A stretch of 64,000 bases of DNA from an uncultured Chloroflexia bacterium (GTDB lineage: Bacteria; Chloroflexota; Limnocylindria; Limnocylindrales; CSP1-4), in the NCBI GenBank assembly GCA_963712745.1, contig CAVQJC010000005.1, positions 313,488 to 377,487 of the forward strand. The letters are read 5' to 3'. Below, piece after piece: positions 63,776-64,000 of the stretch. Within the stretch, counting starts at the first letter, position 1. Each line of letters begins with the position of its first letter. Both the position numbers and the translations under genes were made by a program. The notes below the pieces were generated by a model that was not told where the DNA came from, made no database searches, and saw only the letters and a list, made by a program, of their open reading frames with translations.

Positions 63776-63820
63776 TTCGTCAACAGCAGGTCCTCGGGGC
63801 AGATCCGAGTGTTGCCTCCA
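63776..63820 (+). repeat. Degenerate tRNA-Thr 3'-half repeat, copy 10, lacking the conserved downstream flank
   Basis: TTCGTCAACAGCAGGTCCTCGGGGCAGATCCGAGTGTTGCCTCCA, followed by unrelated TTCTCACTGC. Confidence 0.85.
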
Positions 63821-64000
63821 TTCTCACTGCTGCTGCTGCTGTCGTGCGCACTCGACAGCGGCCCCTGGCCATGGCGTCGGTCACGGGCTGGTCACAGCGT
63901 CAGTGCGCCAGATCGGTACGACCGTGACTCCGTCCTTGGCCCTACCAGGGATCGCTGCTGGAACATCACTCGCCGGGGTGGTCATCGGCCCCCCCTTCGC

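Noticed and set aside
7370-63820. CRISPR array or classical integron attC array
   Set aside because: Intervals are 1.4-16.5 kb and multigenic, no cas or intI gene is seen, and the repeats are tRNA-derived rather than attC-type hairpins.
7370-63820. MITE/REP-like transposed repeat
   Set aside because: All copies share one orientation, no terminal inverted repeats or target duplications were seen, and homology starts at the anticodon loop. Not fully excluded without a genome-wide search.
63826-63842. (CTG)n microsatellite after copy 10
   Set aside because: Only about 5 units; too short to support a function.

Overview
High-GC bacterial accessory region; gene content and signal-peptide style suggest Chloroflexota or Actinomycetota (inference only). 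The dominant unexplained structure is a head-to-tail array of 10 same-strand copies of the 3' half of a tRNA-Thr(CGU) gene, at 7370, 8909, 10328, 13939, 30397, 33140, 34979, 39933, 48755 and 63776. Each copy starts at the anticodon loop and runs to the CCA end. Most carry conserved non-tRNA flanks: CCTCGCGA upstream, a palindrome just downstream, and TGACCCCTG repeats 58-59 nt past CCA. The repeats divide the window into 9 unrelated cargo modules of 1.4-16.5 kb. The cargo includes an AAA-DUF4143 ATPase, Fic, an ECF sigma/anti-sigma pair, a 16-kb sugar-acid/CoA catabolic cluster, a BTAD regulator, an AbiE-like TA pair, VapBC, dpp-anmK-murQ, and USP/beta-CASP/LuxR/sugar ABC/5'-nucleotidase genes. 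I found no intact integrase or intact tRNA in the window, but a decayed tyrosine-integrase fragment abuts copy 4. The layout suggests an integron-like array of non-autonomous cassettes accreted at a tRNA-Thr att site. Many genes are frameshifted, which may be read error or decay.
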